Positions 9,109-18,344 of a stretch of 64,000 nt of DNA are shown in pieces (within the stretch, counting starts at the first letter, position 1; each line of letters starts with the position of its first letter). The translations under genes and the position numbers were made by a program. The notes below the pieces were generated by a model. That model ran no database searches, was not told the DNA's origin, and saw only the letters and a list, made by a program, of their open reading frames with translations. Source of the DNA: a virus (lineage: Duplodnaviria > Heunggongvirae > Uroviricota > Caudoviricetes); IMG/VR virus record IMGVR_UViG_3300027887_000330; one strand, given 5' to 3'.

Positions 9109-10977
9109 ATGACTATGAATGCGTATCAGAAGTTTATTTTTTATCGCACGTACAGCAGATGGATTGCTGAGAAGGGCCGTCGAGAGACCTATAACGAAAC
9201 CGTAGATAGGTATCTAGACTATATATTTTCTAGAGTCCCCAACGCCGACCAGATACCTGATAAGGTGAGGCGGAAAGCAGAGAAGTATATAAAGGGCCTA
9301 AATGTAATGCCCAGTATGCGTGCTCTGTGGAGCGCCGGGGCCAATGCCGATAAGGATAATTCGGTATTTTATAATTGTTCCTTTCTAGTTGTAGATTCTC
9401 TGGAAGCTTTTGGAGAGTCTCTTTATTTGCTGGCGTGCGGTTGTGGCGTAGGTTACAGTGTACAAGCCAAGTATGTAGATGTGCTCCCTGAGATCCCAAA
9501 GCAGCAGAACATGCCTAAATTACAGTTTCTGATTCCAGATGACCGAGAAGGGTGGAAAGCTTCTCTGGACTTCGGGGTTAAGCAATGGTTCAAGGGGCGA
9601 GACGTCGCTTTTGATTACTCCTGTGTAAGGCCCGCTGGCGCGCCTCTGGTAACTTCTGGTGGTTATGCTAGTGGACCAGAGCCATTAAGACGTTGTTTGG
9701 AGTACGCAAGAGATACTATCTTGGGTGCCCAAGGTCGAAAGTTAACTACACTAGAAGTCTCTGACATAATGAATGAGATAGCCTCTGCTATAGTAGTGGG
9801 TGGGGTAAGAAGATCATCTGAGATCGCTCTCACTGATCTACGGGACGTCGACATGAAGACGTCCAAGCATGGTAATTTCCATCCTCGTAGGTTCATGGCT
9901 AATATATCAGCCGTGTACAATAAGAGGCCCGATGTGCTCACATTTGCACAAGAATTCTTTGACATGGCTAAGTCCAAGACTGGCGAGCGCGGAATGTTTA
10001 ATCTCTATGCCGCCAAGCAAAGAGCTCCGCAGCGTAGACGTAAAGGGCCGTTGGCCGGGACCAACCCGTGTGGAGAAATTGTATTAAGAAATATGTCTTT
10101 TTGTAATCTTACTGAGGTTGTTATAAGGCCCGAGGATGATGAAGATTCAGTTAGAGATAAAATAACCACAGCAGTGTGGTTGGGTGCAATGCAGTCCTGC
10201 TTTACCTACTTCCCGCAACTGCGGCCGGAGTGGGCAAAGAATTGTGAGGAAGAGAGGCTGCTAGGGGTATCTTTAACAGGGTGTGCTGACAATCTAGCCC
10301 TACTGCAGCCTGAAGTTCTTAGGATGTGGAAGAAGCACGCTCTCAAAGTATCCAGGCAAGCAGCGGATATACTAGGAATCAACTATGCTGCCGCTGTAAC
10401 TACCATAAAACCTAGCGGAACAGTCAGCCAGATGTGCGATTGTGCTTCTGGTATGCACTCTAGATGGGCTAAATATTACATCCGCAGAGTAAGGATAAGT
10501 TTGCATGATCCACTACTGCAGATGATGAAAGACCAAGGCTTTAAGGTGATCGAAGCTCCGGAGAATAATGACACCTATATACTGGAGTTCCCGATCAAGG
10601 CTCCGGAGGGCTGTAAGACAACGAGGGATGACACAGCCCACGGCCAACTGGAGTGGTACAGATCATTAGTTGAGAACTGGGCAGAACATAATGTCAGTTG
10701 CACTGTCTATGTACGTGATGACGAATGGTTGGATGTCACAAAATATGTCTATGATAATTTTGATCTCATTAATGGTGTATCTTTTTTCCCCTACGAAGAA
10801 CATAGCTACAATATGGCACCATACGAAGAGATCGACGAAGAGACATATAACAAGATGGTCACACAGATGCCTGTGTTAGATTTCAGCCAGCTCACACGCT
10901 ATGAGGATAGAGATATGACAACGGGTCACTACGAAATAGCCTGTGCTGGCAATGCTTGCGAGTTCTCTTTACAGTAA
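9109..10977 (+). CDS. Ribonucleotide reductase large subunit, class II-like (no beta subunit seen in window)
   Basis: Active-site GTNPCGEIVL motif. 622 aa without ATP cone. C-terminal CAGNAC redox tail. Confidence 0.75.
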   Translation: MTMNAYQKFIFYRTYSRWIAEKGRRETYNETVDRYLDYIFSRVPNADQIPDKVRRKAEKYIKGLNVMPSMRALWSAGANADKDNSVFYNCSFLVVDSLEAFGESLYLLACGCGVGYSVQAKYVDVLPEIPKQQNMPKLQFLIPDDREGWKASLDFGVKQWFKGRDVAFDYSCVRPAGAPLVTSGGYASGPEPLRRCLEYARDTILGAQGRKLTTLEVSDIMNEIASAIVVGGVRRSSEIALTDLRDVDMKTSKHGNFHPRRFMANISAVYNKRPDVLTFAQEFFDMAKSKTGERGMFNLYAAKQRAPQRRRKGPLAGTNPCGEIVLRNMSFCNLTEVVIRPEDDEDSVRDKITTAVWLGAMQSCFTYFPQLRPEWAKNCEEERLLGVSLTGCADNLALLQPEVLRMWKKHALKVSRQAADILGINYAAAVTTIKPSGTVSQMCDCASGMHSRWAKYYIRRVRISLHDPLLQMMKDQGFKVIEAPENNDTYILEFPIKAPEGCKTTRDDTAHGQLEWYRSLVENWAEHNVSCTVYVRDDEWLDVTKYVYDNFDLINGVSFFPYEEHSYNMAPYEEIDEETYNKMVTQMPVLDFSQLTRYEDRDMTTGHYEIACAGNACEFSLQ

Positions 10978-11154
10978 TATGGGAGATGTGATACACATAG
11001 AGGATTGGTTTGAGCGTAAGGTAAATGACTATGCTCAACGCTACCGAAAGTGTATGGGCACGTGTATAGAAAAAGAAATGAAAGAGGAGCTGCGGGCGTT
11101 AGGTATGAAGCTCGCTGATTATAAAACCTTTGTCATGAGACGGGAGGATAAAAA

Positions 11155-11898
11155 ATGATAGCAATAAAGTATGGGTGGATCAAGGATAGCCCTGACGCCC
11201 GAGACAGATTGTACAATAAACCGAGGGGGCTCAGGAGGCCTAAGAAGCAGGACCTGAGACCCGCGTGTTCTCCCATTGAGAACCAGACCACTCTAGGCTC
11301 TTGTACAGCTAACGCGGCTGTAGGGACCACGGAGTTTCTGGAGATCAAGGATAAGGTCCAGTTTATAGACTTTAGCAGACTCTACGTTTACTATAACGAA
11401 CGTGTAATGGACGGGACCGTCAACGAGGATGCTGGATCTCAACTCAGAACAGCAGCGAAGGCTATGGCCAAGTGGGGCGTGTGCAACGAAAAGAGCTGGC
11501 CCTACAATGTAGATAAATTTACTATAAAACCACCGGCCAAATGTTACACAGAGGGAGCAAAGCATAAGATAACATCCTACAGACGCTTAGGTACCCTGGA
11601 TGATATTCTTGATTGCCTAGCCGAAGGTTACCCAGTTATGTTCGGCTTTGATGTTTACTCTTGCTTGAACGAAGTGGGCGCGGACGGCCTACTAAGAATG
11701 CCCACAGAGGATGATGAATATGAAGGCGGCCACGCAGTTGTCTTTGTTGGGTATGACATGGCCAAGAAACTTCTCATAGTTAGAAACTCATGGGGAGTAG
11801 AATGGGGTGATAAGGGTTACTTCTATATGCCTTTCGACTACGTGCTTAAAGGCTTAGCTAGTGATTTCTGGACCATCAGAAAAGGAGAAAACATGTAA
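11155..11898 (+). CDS. Papain-like cysteine peptidase (C1 family)
   Basis: QTTLGSCTANAA (Gln/Cys oxyanion region), GGHAVVFVGYD (His) and VRNSWGVEWGDKGYFYM (Asn/Trp), all canonical C1 motifs. Confidence 0.75.
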   Translation: MIAIKYGWIKDSPDARDRLYNKPRGLRRPKKQDLRPACSPIENQTTLGSCTANAAVGTTEFLEIKDKVQFIDFSRLYVYYNERVMDGTVNEDAGSQLRTAAKAMAKWGVCNEKSWPYNVDKFTIKPPAKCYTEGAKHKITSYRRLGTLDDILDCLAEGYPVMFGFDVYSCLNEVGADGLLRMPTEDDEYEGGHAVVFVGYDMAKKLLIVRNSWGVEWGDKGYFYMPFDYVLKGLASDFWTIRKGENM

Positions 11899-12122
11899 TG
11901 CTGAGCCCACGACTTTATAAATTGTACTGGCCTTATACGTGCCCACATTGTGGGCACAAAGGCCTAGTCCGAGAGAAAGACTGGAGATGCAAGAATTTTG
12001 ACTGCAGAAAAGACGTTGTGCCCGACGAGTATGAAAGTTTGGAAGACCAAGAGGCAAGGTGGCGGGAAGAAGGTTCGAAGGGGAGGGAAAAGGAAAGACT
12101 ATGGCAAAGTTTGAACGAGTAG
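11898..12122 (+). CDS. Small zinc-ribbon protein
   Basis: CPHCGH...CKNFDC pairs. 74 aa. Confidence 0.4.
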   Translation: MLSPRLYKLYWPYTCPHCGHKGLVREKDWRCKNFDCRKDVVPDEYESLEDQEARWREEGSKGREKERLWQSLNE

Positions 12123-12787
12123 AAACAGCGGCGGGATATGAAGACTTAAATAGCGATAATGTCCATATTAGTCTAGATAGAAGAAGGATATTTCTTAATA
12201 TCAGGACACGATTTGATTATCTTTACACATATTTGAAAGAGCAGTGGTGCGAGGCTCCGTTTAGGTCTTTGCCCTTTCCAGTGCAAGCAGTCACCCCGGA
12301 TTACTTTATACTCCAGAACTCTTGGAATATTGAAGAGAATTCTAGAGATAAAATCATGGACGCGGGGTGGGAGGTAGAGACTGCTTATACAAAAGAGAAG
12401 GAAGATAACACCTGTTATCAAGAGATAAGTGGTGGCCCTTATTACAAAGCGGGCGCTCCTGTAAAAACTTATATCTCTGAGCAGTATGCAGGTCTTAAAT
12501 CTGTGGCAGTAGGGTCTTCAATCGAAGAGGATGCCTTTTTATACTACCGTCAATATCCCCACTCCTTATGGATTCCGTTGCCCGTTATTGGTGGCGGGGT
12601 CAATCAGGCTATTCGGGTGTATGAGAGATTTGAAGACAAAAAGATAAATGATTACAGAGAATTTCTACAAATAAGGGGGGTATATAAGGGTAACACCGTT
12701 ACTATGTCCCTAGAAGATTTATTAACGGAAAAATTGAAGCCCAGACTATATTATTTTCCAGTATGTCCTGCAGCGTGGAGGGATTAA
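12101..12787 (+). CDS. Hypothetical protein (start set at MAKFERV)
   Basis: ORF with AAGGAAAG RBS before the ATG at 12101. The N-terminal MAKFERV and its DNA are shared with the thyX start region. Confidence 0.45.
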   Translation: MAKFERVETAAGYEDLNSDNVHISLDRRRIFLNIRTRFDYLYTYLKEQWCEAPFRSLPFPVQAVTPDYFILQNSWNIEENSRDKIMDAGWEVETAYTKEKEDNTCYQEISGGPYYKAGAPVKTYISEQYAGLKSVAVGSSIEEDAFLYYRQYPHSLWIPLPVIGGGVNQAIRVYERFEDKKINDYREFLQIRGVYKGNTVTMSLEDLLTEKLKPRLYYFPVCPAAWRD

Positions 12788-12933
12788 AGTGTCCAAAGAC
12801 CAAGACATAACTGGTATAGATATAAATGTCAATGGAAATGTAAGCTATACCTATGGCTACGACACTTATTTTATGAAGCCCGTTGGGATTGCTGAAGATG
12901 GAGAAACAATATTAGTGGAGTTAGTTAAAGAAG

Positions 12934-13260
12934 ATGAACAAGAAGCAAAATCAAAATGAAGTTGTGCTTACATTGAGAAACGTAAAGGCGGGGGTTAAGT
13001 TCTGGATAGGCCGTCCAATCCCCCAACCTCCTGGTTTATATGGTGCTAAGACCTATGCTCTCGGGGTGCAACAACAGTCGGATGCGCCTATTGTCATAAC
13101 TTTACCTAGGGAATTGAACAGACAAACAGTAGTAAGGCTAGTTAATCCGGGGTTTAAGATTTTTGAATGGCGCAGCACGATGAGCAAAGATACTATTTTA
13201 TGGGTCGCTGACCCCAGGATAGACTGGGCCTATCTGCCGCATGAGAGAGATAATGGGTGA
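12934..13260 (+). CDS. Hypothetical protein
   Basis: 108-aa ORF in the plus-strand block. No motif. Confidence 0.4.
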   Translation: MNKKQNQNEVVLTLRNVKAGVKFWIGRPIPQPPGLYGAKTYALGVQQQSDAPIVITLPRELNRQTVVRLVNPGFKIFEWRSTMSKDTILWVADPRIDWAYLPHERDNG

Positions 13261-13459
13261 ATGGATGGAAGCCTATATAGAAGGCAAGGACGCTGAGCCA
13301 AACTATCTTGGTGACGGGAAATCCTCTTTGAGGAAGTGCTCTGGTCTGATGGATAGGAAAGGTAAGTGTGGAAATACTTTTAGGTCTATAGGTAGAATAT
13401 TTTGTGATGAATGCAGGCGTTATTATGACTCGGGGGAGTGGAAAAAGGAGAACAAATAA
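13241..13459 (+). CDS. Small Cys-rich protein
   Basis: CSGLMDRKGKCGN...CDEC cysteine pairs. 72 aa. Confidence 0.35.
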   Translation: MREIMGEWMEAYIEGKDAEPNYLGDGKSSLRKCSGLMDRKGKCGNTFRSIGRIFCDECRRYYDSGEWKKENK

Positions 13460-13695
13460 TGGAATGGATAGTTATTTTTCTGGGTGTATTTTGTATTTAT
13501 TTGTTTAGCAGATGCAGGGAACTAGAAACTAAAATAGACGATGTAAACAAATACAGGGAAGACTGGGTTGACAACAACTTGAGGGCTCTGTATACTCAAC
13601 TGTATAATCATACGCACGATACAGCAACAGGCTATGTGGACAGAATGAGTGTAATGGACCGGCCTAAAGAGGAGGAGCCAGGTGGCAAGGTTTGA
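13438..13695 (+). CDS. Small membrane protein
   Basis: N-terminal hydrophobic helix IMEWIVIFLGVFCIYLF. 85 aa. Confidence 0.4.
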   Translation: MEKGEQIMEWIVIFLGVFCIYLFSRCRELETKIDDVNKYREDWVDNNLRALYTQLYNHTHDTATGYVDRMSVMDRPKEEEPGGKV

Positions 13696-14587
13696 ACGAG
13701 TAAAGGACAAGTGGAAAGACTTACGTAAGGATTTGTATGGTAATGTAGAGCCCGAGGTTACACTAGAGGCTATTACAATGCCCATAAAGATGGGCCTGGA
13801 CTACCCTCGGGGACCCCTTGATGCAGTCCACCAACAGATAATAAATAAGGATGTTGTTACAACGCCCTGTATTAAGGGATTTAATTTTGACTTTCAAGAG
13901 ATAGAAAAACTACCTGCATTAGCGGCGGGGGTAAGCTATGGAACCAAAGACAAACTGGAAAATGATTCCGATAAAGCTATTCAGCTCAATAAGAAGCTTA
14001 TTAAGATGGGTCACCTTACACCGCTTGAGTCGATCCAAATTAATTTTGGAATATCCGGAATTTCGAAGGCTTGTGGAGCACAGATCTCGCGGCACCGCAT
14101 CGGGCAAGGGCACACGAGTGTGAGTCGTAGATACAAGGAAGCTGAACCTTACTTTGTGTATCCTGCGCTGGGTTCTATTGATGATGAATCTGAAGCTTTA
14201 CAGATGCTGAAAAATTTAGAGGCTGCCTATGACGAGGCATTTGCTGACTACTCTCGCTTCAGGGATATACACAACTCCAGTGGTTATAAACACGTCATGA
14301 AGAAAGAAGATGCCCGCCTGGTCCTGCCTATATCCTATGCTACGGAACGAACGTGGTGGGTAAATGTCAGAGCACTTAGAGACTTTTTTCGTCTCCGTCT
14401 GGCTGCGGACGCGGAATGGGAGATACGAAGGTTGGCTTGGATGATGTATGATATAGTAGTCGGATTATTACCTAGTTTATTTGAGGATTTAACCAATGAA
14501 CCTAAGACAACTGTTGCTCGCAGTAATGACGATGATACTTTTCATCGGGGGATGCTCAGCCTCCTATCAGGACATCAGACGGTGTAA
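13682..14587 (+). CDS. thyX: Flavin-dependent thymidylate synthase ThyX
   Basis: ThyX signature RHRIGQGHTSVSRRY (RHRx7S...RY). GTG start preceded by GGAGGAG. Confidence 0.8.
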   Translation: MARFERVKDKWKDLRKDLYGNVEPEVTLEAITMPIKMGLDYPRGPLDAVHQQIINKDVVTTPCIKGFNFDFQEIEKLPALAAGVSYGTKDKLENDSDKAIQLNKKLIKMGHLTPLESIQINFGISGISKACGAQISRHRIGQGHTSVSRRYKEAEPYFVYPALGSIDDESEALQMLKNLEAAYDEAFADYSRFRDIHNSSGYKHVMKKEDARLVLPISYATERTWWVNVRALRDFFRLRLAADAEWEIRRLAWMMYDIVVGLLPSLFEDLTNEPKTTVARSNDDDTFHRGMLSLLSGHQTV

Positions 14588-14684
14588 TGATATAGTAGAT
14601 ATGGATCGACTGGAGCATCCGGAGTGGAACAGAACATACACGGGGTGTATGTATCAAGCATTTATTCCTTTTTAGGAGGGAAAG

Positions 14685-14852
14685 ATGTCAAAACTAAAGC
14701 CATGTCCTATGTGCAGCCCTGACGGGTGGCTGGACGAGGAGGGTAAGCCCGTGAGGGCCGTTAGAAGTAAACACCATTGTGAGTTTTGCGGAAGTACCGG
14801 AAAGCTCCTGGTGATAAAAGAAGATTTAGAGAACGAAGGGGAGGAAGAGTAA
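14685..14852 (+). CDS. Small zinc-ribbon protein (below track cutoff)
   Basis: ATG preceded by AGGAGGG. CPMC...CEFC pairs. Stop overlaps the next start (TAATG). Confidence 0.4.
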   Translation: MSKLKPCPMCSPDGWLDEEGKPVRAVRSKHHCEFCGSTGKLLVIKEDLENEGEEE

Positions 14853-15346
14853 TGAGCGAATTATGGGATGCAAGCGGAGCGGTAAAGGACACCGCAGAAG
14901 ATCTATTAGGAAAACATCACCCAGAGATAGCTACAGCATCATTTGGGTATGTATTTAAGGACAAGGCCGCGGCCGCAGAGATTGAGGCTGGGATTGTGGC
15001 GATGGCTAAAAAAGTCCCGCCTATTTACAAGCTGTTAACCAAGGATGACTTGGACTTTGTAATTGTTATAGCCAAGGACATGTTCGATGAACTAGAGCCC
15101 GAGGAGCAGGAAGCTCACCTGGACTCGGCGCTGTGCTCTTGTTCAGCAAAGCTGGATGAACACGGAGATTTCAAAGTTGATGCGGCCGGGAATCCCATCT
15201 ATTGTCTCAGGGCGTTTGACTTACAAGGACACTCCGAGGTATTAGCACGCTATGGTATAGACACCTTTGCTGAAGTGGGTGCCAGAATAAAGGCCGCTAT
15301 GGCTAAGGATAAAGACGACGAAGGGGCGGACATAGTAGAAGACTAA
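14852..15346 (+). CDS. Hypothetical acidic protein
   Basis: Start MSELWDA is coupled to the upstream small ORF. No motif. Confidence 0.45.
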   Translation: MSELWDASGAVKDTAEDLLGKHHPEIATASFGYVFKDKAAAAEIEAGIVAMAKKVPPIYKLLTKDDLDFVIVIAKDMFDELEPEEQEAHLDSALCSCSAKLDEHGDFKVDAAGNPIYCLRAFDLQGHSEVLARYGIDTFAEVGARIKAAMAKDKDDEGADIVED

Positions 15347-15358
15347 TAGGAAAGGCTT

Positions 15359-16003
15359 ATGAGTATTTTTCTCATGGAAGAAGAAAAACAATTAGAGAAA
15401 CTTAAACAAGAAGCAATAGGGTGTTATGAGTGTTCGTTTGGGCACTCATGCACCCAAAAAGTTTTTGGTGAGGGGCCTTTAGGCGGCTCTATTATGAGTA
15501 TATCTGAAGCCCCGGGCGCAGAAGAGGATGCTTCTGGAAGACCCTACATGGGTAAGGCTGGGCGTTTCTGGGAGGGGATGCTTAGGTCGGTAGGGATGGA
15601 ACGGTCAAATCTATATATCTGTAATGCCTTAAAATGCAGACCTCCCAATAATAAGATAGAAGGATTGGTAGAGCTAGATGCTTGTAAGCATTTTTTAATC
15701 AAGCAAGTAGCTATTATACAACCAAGATTAATCTTGGTGTTTGGAAAACCAGCGGCTTACGCCCTGGGGATATTGGCTCAGGCAGATTATGGGAAACCAG
15801 TAAAGACAAGATTAGGCATACAAAAGGAACCCTACAAATATGTGGGACTGGACGGGGTCCAAAGGACGGCAAGGATTATGTGGACGTATCATCCCTCTTA
15901 TTTACAGAATAAGCCGGATGGGAGAAATTACTGTTTCCAAGCTTATAAGCAGTTGTGTGATGCGAAGAAGCTTCTGGAGGCAGATTTACCGTGGGATGGA
16001 TAA
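15359..16003 (+). CDS. Uracil-DNA glycosylase, family 4 (Fe-S type)
   Basis: GEGP...SEAPGAEED...GRPYMGKAGRF motif A. HPSYL motif B. Four Cys (CYEC...C, C...C) for a 4Fe-4S cluster. Confidence 0.8.
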   Translation: MSIFLMEEEKQLEKLKQEAIGCYECSFGHSCTQKVFGEGPLGGSIMSISEAPGAEEDASGRPYMGKAGRFWEGMLRSVGMERSNLYICNALKCRPPNNKIEGLVELDACKHFLIKQVAIIQPRLILVFGKPAAYALGILAQADYGKPVKTRLGIQKEPYKYVGLDGVQRTARIMWTYHPSYLQNKPDGRNYCFQAYKQLCDAKKLLEADLPWDG

Positions 16004-16719
16004 CAGACAAAATCGAGAGCGGAAAGCCGATAACGGCTAAGAGTCTATATAATAAATTTGGTTTCAGACACGTTATAGGAGTTCACATATATGCACGGAG
16101 GGCCATAGCTGGTCCTATCTGTGTGGCTGCGGTCACTATAAGGCCTAATCATAAGTTTGATTTAAAAGATGTCAGCCAACTAAGCATGACAGACTGCTAC
16201 AAGTTGAATGATGCTATACGAAGGAAGGCTGACCTGCTTAATCTAGGGTGGGCTTCTGTTGATAGTATAAATAAGCTAGGCATACATGAAGCCATAATGT
16301 CAGCTATTAGGTCTGCCTTGATCGGGGTCTCGGAGTTTGACCCACCTAGTCTTTTATTCATTGATGGCTTCCAGATGGAACCGATGATCAATGGGCTTAG
16401 AGACTCCCAAACTCCGGTTATTGTAGTTAAAAAAGGAAAGGAACAAGTAGATGTCATAGCGGCAGCCAGTGTTGTCAGTAGGGTCGCTAGGGATAGTCTT
16501 ATGTCTTGGATGCACAAAGAATACCCCGAGTATGAGTGGGAACAAAATGAGGGCTTTGCTACACCAAGACACATACAGTTAATAAAGGAACACGGGATAA
16601 GCATTTACCATAGAGATTTGAGTAATGTAAAAGCATTAAAGGATTTCAGGGCTTTTCCCAATGAGCGGTGGAGGAAACAATATGAAGATAGTTATTTTGG
16701 CGAACGAGATTGGGGATAA
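15991..16719 (+). CDS. RNase HII homolog with degenerate catalytic residues (predicted inactive or repurposed)
   Basis: Clear RNase HII pattern (IAAASVVSRVARDSLM, FIDG, GFATPRHIQLIKEHGISIYHR). The DEVGRG catalytic box reads HIYARRA and the KGD box reads KKGKEQ. Confidence 0.65.
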   Translation: MGWITDKIESGKPITAKSLYNKFGFRHVIGVHIYARRAIAGPICVAAVTIRPNHKFDLKDVSQLSMTDCYKLNDAIRRKADLLNLGWASVDSINKLGIHEAIMSAIRSALIGVSEFDPPSLLFIDGFQMEPMINGLRDSQTPVIVVKKGKEQVDVIAAASVVSRVARDSLMSWMHKEYPEYEWEQNEGFATPRHIQLIKEHGISIYHRDLSNVKALKDFRAFPNERWRKQYEDSYFGERDWG

Positions 16720-17692
16720 ATTATGGCCCCTGACTAACGCCAAAAATCCCAAGGCCTTACTAGCCTTGTATAGTGAAAACTCTATGTTAGTTGAGACTAT
16801 TAGTCGTTGTCTACCTCTGTGTGTAAACAAGGGAAAAGATATCTACATAGTATCTACGGCTGAATCCAAGAAAGTAATCAGAGAACAAAAAATCCATCAG
16901 AAATTTGGTATACCCTTAAAGAATATAATAGACCTGTCCCCTAACACGGACGAACCAGCACTGATCATAGGAGAGATGGTTGAGGTATTTAGCCACCTGC
17001 CTGATGAAGAGTTAGTGTGTTTCGTTCCGTCGGACCAGTTTTATTGGCCAGAGGAGGGCTTTGTCTTTCATTTGAATAACACAGCTAAGGGAGCTGAGAC
17101 TAATCCTGATCACATCATGTTTATGTCTATGCTTCCTGGGATGCCTGCTGGTAGTATGAATTACATTAATGTAGACTGGAAAAAAGATAGCACCGTAGGT
17201 ACAGTCTTTGATGCCCCCACGGAGAGCGGTACAAATACACTAAGCACCACTATGGTTTCTATCCTAGACTATCGCAGAGTATTGGATCCTGGTACAGCAG
17301 AGGAACTGGTACTTAAAAAGTGGCTATGGGATCTCAAAACCTGGGTATCTTATTTAAAGAATTTTAGGAAACATATCACGGGGGCTACTGATTTCTATGA
17401 AGAACTCTTGCCAAAACTTATACTAAAAGATGTGCTAAAGGCAACTATAGCTAACAAGGTAGTATGGTCAGTGTTAGATAATTGGGCAGCCCTAAAATAT
17501 CTTACTTATGATGCTGGTCTGTTTCCTGTTAAAGAAGACCCGAAGGTGCATACCATAGACGCTTCGGGTAATCTCGTTAAGAGAATCAGTGATAAAGAAA
17601 TAATACTTATAGGAGTTGAAGACTTGATTGTAGTAGAAACAGAAGACAAGCTATTGATCGCTACACCGGGGGGAGCGTATGAGCATCTATAA
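16661..17692 (+). CDS. Mannose-1-phosphate guanylyltransferase-like nucleotidyltransferase domain protein with degenerate G-loop
   Basis: KIVILANEIGDKLWPLTNAKNPKALLAL aligns to ManC [24 protein letters not shown]. C-terminal DLIVVETEDKLLIA matches the ManC DLVVVQTKDAVLIA. No cupin/PMI domain. Confidence 0.5.
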   Translation: MSGGGNNMKIVILANEIGDKLWPLTNAKNPKALLALYSENSMLVETISRCLPLCVNKGKDIYIVSTAESKKVIREQKIHQKFGIPLKNIIDLSPNTDEPALIIGEMVEVFSHLPDEELVCFVPSDQFYWPEEGFVFHLNNTAKGAETNPDHIMFMSMLPGMPAGSMNYINVDWKKDSTVGTVFDAPTESGTNTLSTTMVSILDYRRVLDPGTAEELVLKKWLWDLKTWVSYLKNFRKHITGATDFYEELLPKLILKDVLKATIANKVVWSVLDNWAALKYLTYDAGLFPVKEDPKVHTIDASGNLVKRISDKEIILIGVEDLIVVETEDKLLIATPGGAYEHL

Positions 17693-18344
17693 GCCCGAGT
17701 CCCGGGTAGCTTTTGACATTGATGGAATAGTATTAGATACTGCCACAGCTATATGGCGGGCGGTCACAAGTCATTATGACATACCAGCCTCGATAGAGTC
17801 GTGGAAAGAATATTACATAGAGAAACAGCTTGGTATTCCTCAGCAGGACCTGAGACCAGTTTATGAACCAGTGATGGCCAAGACAGATCTGCCTCTGTTG
17901 AAGGGTGCGGCCAGGGCCTTAAAAGCCTTTCATGAGGCTACTCAAGAGCCTATTTTATTCATCACTGCACGGAGACCCCAATTTGTAGCCAGTGCTGCGG
18001 CTTCTATACGAAGAGAACTTCCTGATATAGAACTAGAAATCATAGCAGCCTCGGAGTCAGCCGCTAGGCTAGGTGATAATAAAGGGCATGATAAGACTGA
18101 GTATCTAAAAAATCATGGTATTGAATTTTTTATTGATGACCACCCGCATTCATGGCAGAAATATGTTGACGCTGGGATAGTGGTTGGTACAATTGACTGG
18201 CCATGGACCAGGGAACTTGCCAAATCTATGAATAGGAAACGATTCATCATGTTCAAAGACTGGAAAGAAATCGGTGAGTTCTTATCCACGGGCCTGGCCG
18301 CAAAAAAGCTTTTTCAGGAACTAAGGGAGTTGCCTACATTATGA
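17679..18344 (+). CDS. HAD-superfamily hydrolase (possible sugar-phosphate or nucleotide phosphatase)
   Basis: N-terminal FDIDGIVLDT is HAD motif I (DxDG). About 220 aa. Confidence 0.5.
   Translation: MSIYKPESRVAFDIDGIVLDTATAIWRAVTSHYDIPASIESWKEYYIEKQLGIPQQDLRPVYEPVMAKTDLPLLKGAARALKAFHEATQEPILFITARRPQFVASAAASIRRELPDIELEIIAASESAARLGDNKGHDKTEYLKNHGIEFFIDDHPHSWQKYVDAGIVVGTIDWPWTRELAKSMNRKRFIMFKDWKEIGEFLSTGLAAKKLFQELRELPTL

Noticed and set aside
9109-10977. Class I RNR with a missing beta subunit
   Set aside because: There is no NrdB-like ORF nearby and no ATP cone. The NPCGEI context and a monomer-sized alpha chain favour a class II-like enzyme, though the class cannot be proven from sequence alone.
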